Shown piece by piece: positions 59,401 through 64,000 of a stretch of 64,000 nt of DNA (position 1 is the first letter of the stretch; each line of letters starts with the position of its first letter). The notes below the pieces were generated by a model. That model was not told the DNA's origin and did not search any database. It was given only the letters and a program-made list of their open reading frames with translations. Made by a program: the position numbers and the translations under genes. The DNA is from Mytilus trossulus. Lineage: Eukaryota. The stretch lies in NCBI RefSeq assembly GCF_036588685.1, contig NC_086379.1:58032001-58096000 (forward strand), written 5' to 3'.

Positions 59401-62400
59401 TGATATCTATGATTCAAAAGGTCAATAAAATAAGACTCAGATCAGAAGTTGCTAGATATGAAGCAAGATAATTTAGATATGTTTGTTAACCTTAACCACT
59501 TCTAAAAAAAAGGCTGAGATAGGCTGTTTGAGATATTTTTAAACAATACTGCAGAAAGAGTCTTCGAAATGTTTTCCATCTCAATTATATGGGAAGGATA
59601 TTGATTTCCATGCTGTTTGTGTAATGGAAAAGAAAGGCTATGGTGTATCAATTTGAGAGACAAAAAATGACAAATACCAACAAAAGGCGCTTTCATTACT
59701 GGTCTTCTCCTCTATCTCATACTGATTGTATAATCTTCAACATGGCAAACAAAAACTACTGACGTCGCTGTAAGTTTTCAAAAAAGTCACCAACACCGAT
59801 TTGGATGGGTTTCTTTGCTTGAGCATTTTACATCTGACGATTCTGCAACTTTTGCAGGGCAAAATCACAAATCTCATAGTTAAATAATGTAAATAAACTC
59901 ATCATAGATATCAGGACAAAATGTTGTATATACGCCAGACGCGCGTTTCGTCTACATAAGACTCATCAGTGACGCTCGAATCCCAAAAAATGTTAAAAAG
60001 GCCAAATAAAGTCCGAAGTTGAAGAGCATTGACGATCAAAATTCCAAAAAAATGGCCAAATACAGCTAATGTTATCTATGCCTGATGTAACTTCTCAATA
60101 ATTTAGACAACTGCGGGATCATTAAGAAATGTTTACAAAGCTTGTCAGGAAATGACATATGAATAGGTCTAATAGTTCGAATTGACTGCATTGCTTAACA
60201 ATATTTATAAAGCAAGAAAATTATGTAGCACAGCTATACAAGTAAGTGTGATCCGCTTGGGAAGTTCACGCAAAAAAAAATTTTTATACTCCACAAATAC
60301 TTGTTTACGAATATTTGACTACTCTCATACTAATTACAGAATACAACATTACCAGGCATGAGTTGGCAGAAAGAATTCGTAAGTACTTTATTTCAATACA
60401 GATAAAGTTAGAGATCTAGAAATGCTTGACATAAAATAAAACAAATAGTCCAAATTTCAAACTAGAAATAAACCTTAAATGTTAATGAAATAGAAGTCAT
60501 CTCTAGTGAAAAGAAAAGATTTTGCAGATTTTGCAGGAACGGCACAAATTAAATATTAGGCGTTTATTGCTCTAGTAGTATACTTTTTGAAGTGAAAAAC
60601 TCTTTGGATCTTTATTACATTTTTTTTCATAGTTCATAGTTCATGATTGTATGGTACTGATTAAGGATGTAAGTTAAAATGTTGTACGACATCTGGCAGT
60701 TTCCTAGGCAACGTATTGGTACATTTATCAATCAACTCTAAATTTCTATATTTTTTAAGTAATTTTATTTCTTCTCTATTTCTTGTGTATACATTTCAAC
60801 CATGGTATGGCTGTTAAATAACCGTAGTTATTCAGACGGGGGTCTGCAACCGCATAGAGTTCAAAAAGCTGAACATTTTATGGTGCAAAATCAATGATAT
60901 TGAAAAGTACCAAGACTTCTGTAACGTTTCAACTAATTGAGACGTTCAGGGAAAAGATGAAGTGTTGTAAACGATGAATTTAAAACTATAAATGAAATCA
61001 AAGGCGAGGATTGGTGAAAACCTATTTACAATTATAGACCAACACAGAAAAGTCAATTAACAGTCTGCTCGAACTTTGCATTCACTTGTTCGGCATTTTC
61101 AAAAGCTAGAGCAATGTTTCGGTGCACAGATGCGTCTCATCTTTCCGCTGGTTTACGAGCTGCACGTTGACGAGATTCAAGTTGCTTTTCTGTTGATAAC
61201 TAAGTTGGATTAAAGATATTTCCTTTTCATATGATCATTATAATCTAATGACCCAAATGAAAGCCATTTAACCAAATGCTATCTAGGATGTCTTAGATTA
61301 AAAAAAAATGTTGCTCTTTTCTATTCACAAATAGAACTGGCAACTGGCATATGGCATGATATTTAAAATCAAAAACAAGCTCATGAGTACTGCATGCTAG
61401 TTTTTTCAAAGTTACCGAAACTTCAAGTGTTGAATAAAGAAGACCATGGTTATCGTCTTGACTCTCTCTATCCTTGCTAACGTGTGACAATCGTTTGTCT
61501 ATTACTGATGTATAAATATGCACGTAGAGACATCTTTTCCTGTATCGACTTTTTTAAGACTCGTCGATACAGCAGAAATGAGGTGGTCATGGTATCTATG
61601 GTATCCCAAAGTTAATAAATAGTGCTTGCTCTATTTCATACACTTCACATATAAAAATGTATCAGCAGCTAACACAAAAATATGAAAAAACTTAAAGTGA
61701 AGGCCAAATAAATAGATTTATATAGATCTAAATTGAAAAATATTTTCGATGTTGCTTCTGACAGTAATTATTGTTTTTAACTAATGGACACTTTTGACAT
61801 AACCGTCAAGGAAACCAAGTCTTTTAATGGTTTTATTTTTCCAAAATAATAACAGTTTTATAACTTGCAGACACCAACCGGCGGTAAAATATACTTAAAG
61901 ACTGATAGAGCACCAAAAACAGTACAGGCGTACCACGCAAAAACCACTGATAACAAAAGGTAAGTCTAACTTCATCATTATATATCATTTTAAGGACTAA
62001 TACTGGTAAACATGTTTCTGATCAGTTACCTGTATGTTCAAAATTTCTATTCACATAGAAAATAATTATTGTAAATTAGGTTCATTTTTTTACAAATGCT
62101 CTACAGAGTCCCTTCTTTTATGGCGTTTCTAGATGCGAGATATTAAAACTTTTCGCAGTTTATAAGTAGTTTAACTTGTCCTCCACCTGGTGTCTGCATG
62201 TAGATAAAAATCATATGCATATGTTGAAAAGAAGACAATTTGTTGAAAGGACATCACATTTAATGTTTTAGGGTATTTTCGTTCATATTTTTTTCTCTCG
62301 TTGTGTCTTTAATTTTCAATTATGTTAAGCAATCAATATTCTGTGATTCTTTATGTAATCATTATTTAGATATTATGACATTTAGTTTACAGATTAAAGT

Positions 62401-63861
62401 ATTCTCTTTGTAGGCGAGATTTTCGTTTAGTAATCGGACAACCTGGTGACCCGTCCAAAGCTTTTCCACATATTGTTCCATGGGTTGCTGAAAATGTTAA
62501 AGATATGGTCAGTCTTTAGTAAACTTACTATCACTACAGTGAATTCCTACAACATTACCTCATAATTTCAAAAAGAACAAACAAAACATTAAAAGTGATA
62601 AAAATACATCAGCGTTGATAGTTAATTCTTTAAATGATGAGAAAAATTTCACGGCGACAAAGTTTTTCGAGAAGACTAAACTATATTTTAACCTTTTTCT
62701 TCCTTTTTTATATTTTAGGGTAACAACACTTACATGGCTGAATTTACCAATCCACCAAATGGTCGCTGGTTAGCTTTCTTTATTCAGGTACATGTGCCTA
62801 GTATATGAATCATTTCTCTGAATTATATTTGAACATGTGACGAAGATGCATTAATGTATTAACTACACTGGTTAATTTGTTTTACCATTTTAAATCAGCA
62901 AATGGTTAAAACAAAAATTCATAAATTAAAAAGACATTTTTAAAGAAATTACCCCTAATGAAGTACGTGCGTTCAAAGCACATTGCTGGCTCAATATTCA
63001 TCCAGAACGCACACATACAAAACAAAACGATGTACAAATAAGTAGGAATATTAGGAACTATACGACCAAAAGTGTCATACTAAAAGAACAGACAAATTCA
63101 TGAATGTTCAACAAGGCCTGATGAACTAGCAACATTAGTTTCTTAATTCATCAGCGGGGATTTTTAGAGAAGTATTTTATAATGACTTATGATAAATTTG
63201 TAGATTAAAAGACCACCAGCAGTGGTATTGAACCGGCAGTGCTAATAATTTCAAAACTTATGAATTCATGCTATAAAGCAAAGTTAGTTGATGTTGTATA
63301 AGGCTAACTATACCAACCATATCAACGATGAACTAACCAGGTTTTGTTTTATGCATATATTACCCCGGTATATATGAACTGTTTTCATTAGAATGGAATA
63401 TGTTCCTGTATCTGAGTCAAACCAGGAACTTCGTCAGAAGTTTATTTTTGTTTTATCTTACAGTTTTATCCTTTCCCGAAGTTTTTATTCAGTATATATG
63501 TGTTTGATAGCCTTTATATATGTTGAATACATCTTCAATTTGTTCTGAGATCGGAATATCTACTAACTCCGCATGTACACCTCTGAATGAATGTGTCTAG
63601 TTTTTAGTCTTGTTAGTTTGCTGTCTTATTGATGTGTACTCCACGTGTTATGATGTTATTTAAAATATAATTTAATACAAACAACTTTAAATGTAGAATT
63701 AGTCAGTTAACCTTTTACTAAATTTCTGTTCTCTATTATAGGCTACATTTGATGGAATAGATGAAACAGTTCATGAATACACAACAGAAACCATGATCAT
63801 ACCCGACACCTTTCCATTTCCGGACTGTACTGGGAAGACATGTCGAGGAACACTAGTTTAA
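53230..63861 (+). CDS. PqaA/AprA-family (PhoPQ-activated pathogenicity-related / autocrine proliferation repressor A-like) secreted alpha/beta hydrolase, 14 exons, 482 aa
   Basis: All introns GT-AG and phase-compatible; exons total 1449 nt. Signal peptide then ALDDYV, NMTSQKW, WWHYL, PNQP, EDAVIAWTW, PMTK, GASKRGWTTW, GDEFF.PD, PNAEH, RRDFRL. Confidence 0.92.
53447..54573. mobile_element. Intronic non-autonomous DNA transposon with subterminal TTTGCCGCAAG arrays (CMC/EnSpm-like)
   Basis: TA-CCCTTA ... TAAGGG-TA ends; clusters of TTTGCCGCAAG(C/A)TTGC at 53466-53750 and 54385-54550. Confidence 0.7.
54779..54893 (+). CDS. PqaA/AprA-like exon 2
   Basis: TTTTATAG|EDRLDHPIWWHYL...IDGGSNTD|GTGAGT. 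Confidence 0.88.
54950..55051 (+). repeat. 51-bp tandem duplication in intron 2
   Basis: AAAATCTGAAGCAAGAAA...GCATATATTG twice, 2 mismatches. Confidence 0.9.
55322..55433 (+). CDS. PqaA/AprA-like exon 3
   Basis: PPTVSDNF...MIPNQPIVFK|GTAATC. Confidence 0.88.
56359..56475 (+). CDS. PqaA/AprA-like exon 4
   Basis: DDPEQKKRKEDAVIAWTW...RFPMTK|GTAAAT. Confidence 0.88.
56981..57073 (+). CDS. PqaA/AprA-like exon 5
   Basis: ASVRGMDT...FFIAGASK|GTAAAC. Confidence 0.9.
57476..57565 (+). CDS. PqaA/AprA-like exon 6
   Basis: RGWTTWTTAAVDKRVVAMAPLVMDLLNMQK|GTAAGA. Confidence 0.9.
58038..58167 (+). CDS. PqaA/AprA-like exon 7
   Basis: SLHHHYRSLGGWTFAFDDYY...YIDPI|GTAAGT. Confidence 0.9.
58600..58720 (+). 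CDS. PqaA/AprA-like exon 8
   Basis: YNSRYTSIPKMIVTTGGDEFFIPDDSHYYF...KLL|GTATAA. Confidence 0.88.
59228..59315 (+). CDS. PqaA/AprA-like exon 9
   Basis: KLPNAEHSMAGH...FFLSVIT|GTACGG. Confidence 0.88.
59888..60087 (-). mobile_element. 5'-truncated retrozyme (second subfamily) in intron 9
   Basis: Similar to 5701-5835 and 32027-32210. Confidence 0.85.
59932..59975 (-). ncRNA. Intact type I hammerhead ribozyme
   Basis: 44 nt identical to 32061-32104; antisense to the host gene. Confidence 0.9.
60340..60378 (+). CDS. PqaA/AprA-like exon 10 (39 nt)
   Basis: TTACAG|NTTLPGMSWQKEF|GTAAGT. Confidence 0.78.
61871..61959 (+). CDS. PqaA/AprA-like exon 11
   Basis: TPTGGKIYLKTDRAPKTVQAYHAKTTDNK|GTAAGT. 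Confidence 0.85.
62414..62507 (+). CDS. PqaA/AprA-like exon 12
   Basis: RDFRLVIGQPGDPSKAFPHIVPW...DM|GTCAGT. Confidence 0.85.
62719..62787 (+). CDS. PqaA/AprA-like exon 13
   Basis: GNNTYMAEFTNPPNGRWLAFFIQ|GTACAT. Confidence 0.85.
63742..63861 (+). CDS. PqaA/AprA-like exon 14 (terminal)
   Basis: ATFDG...YTTETMIIPDTFPFPDCTGKTCRGTLV-TAA. Confidence 0.88.
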   Translation, partial: ATFDGIDETVHEYTTETMIIPDTFPFPDCTGKTCRGTLV

Positions 63862-64000
63862 GGGAGAATATGTTATATTATTACACTGTAGAATTAAAAA
63901 AAAATAGTTTGCTTATTTGATTTGTTGATAATTTATGCTAGTCGTTTTAGATTGGAGTATTTATAATAAGTTGTTGAACATATACTGCTTTTGTACTAAA

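Noticed and set aside
53230-63861. Bacterial contamination or recent HGT of pqaA
   Set aside because: Thirteen canonical introns filled with host repeats.

Overview
AT-rich eukaryotic genomic DNA with spliceosomal introns; the repeat families look like those of a mytilid mussel (Mytilus-like, inferred from recalled repeats, not searched). Main content: (1) a cluster of five single-coding-exon otopetrin-like proton-channel paralogs (11.1-49.4 kb), four intact and one frameshifted. All keep the two Q-N-Y triads, all have lost the conserved TM12 His (FYRxH becomes FYHFE or FYRFN), and all carry an acidic dileucine ExxxLL motif in an otherwise divergent cytosolic linker, suggesting a possible endosomal/vesicular otopetrin subfamily. 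(2) A complete 14-exon, 482-aa secreted PqaA/AprA-family alpha/beta-hydrolase gene (53230-63861) that the ORF track misses. (3) Hammerhead-ribozyme-bearing ~354-nt retrozyme-type repeats, with Penelope-like RT fragments nearby and insertion junctions that reflect the ribozyme cleavage site and a recurrent priming site. (4) Several non-autonomous DNA transposons (Kolobok-, CACTA-, Tc1- and Helentron-like) and a 5'-truncated CR1/L2-type LINE. (5) A repeat-poor 0.5-4.3 kb segment of small, decaying intronless ORFs, including a stand-alone RING finger, that may be a viral or Maverick relic. No rRNA, tRNA or CRISPR was seen. Coordinates were counted by hand; repeat boundaries are approximate.
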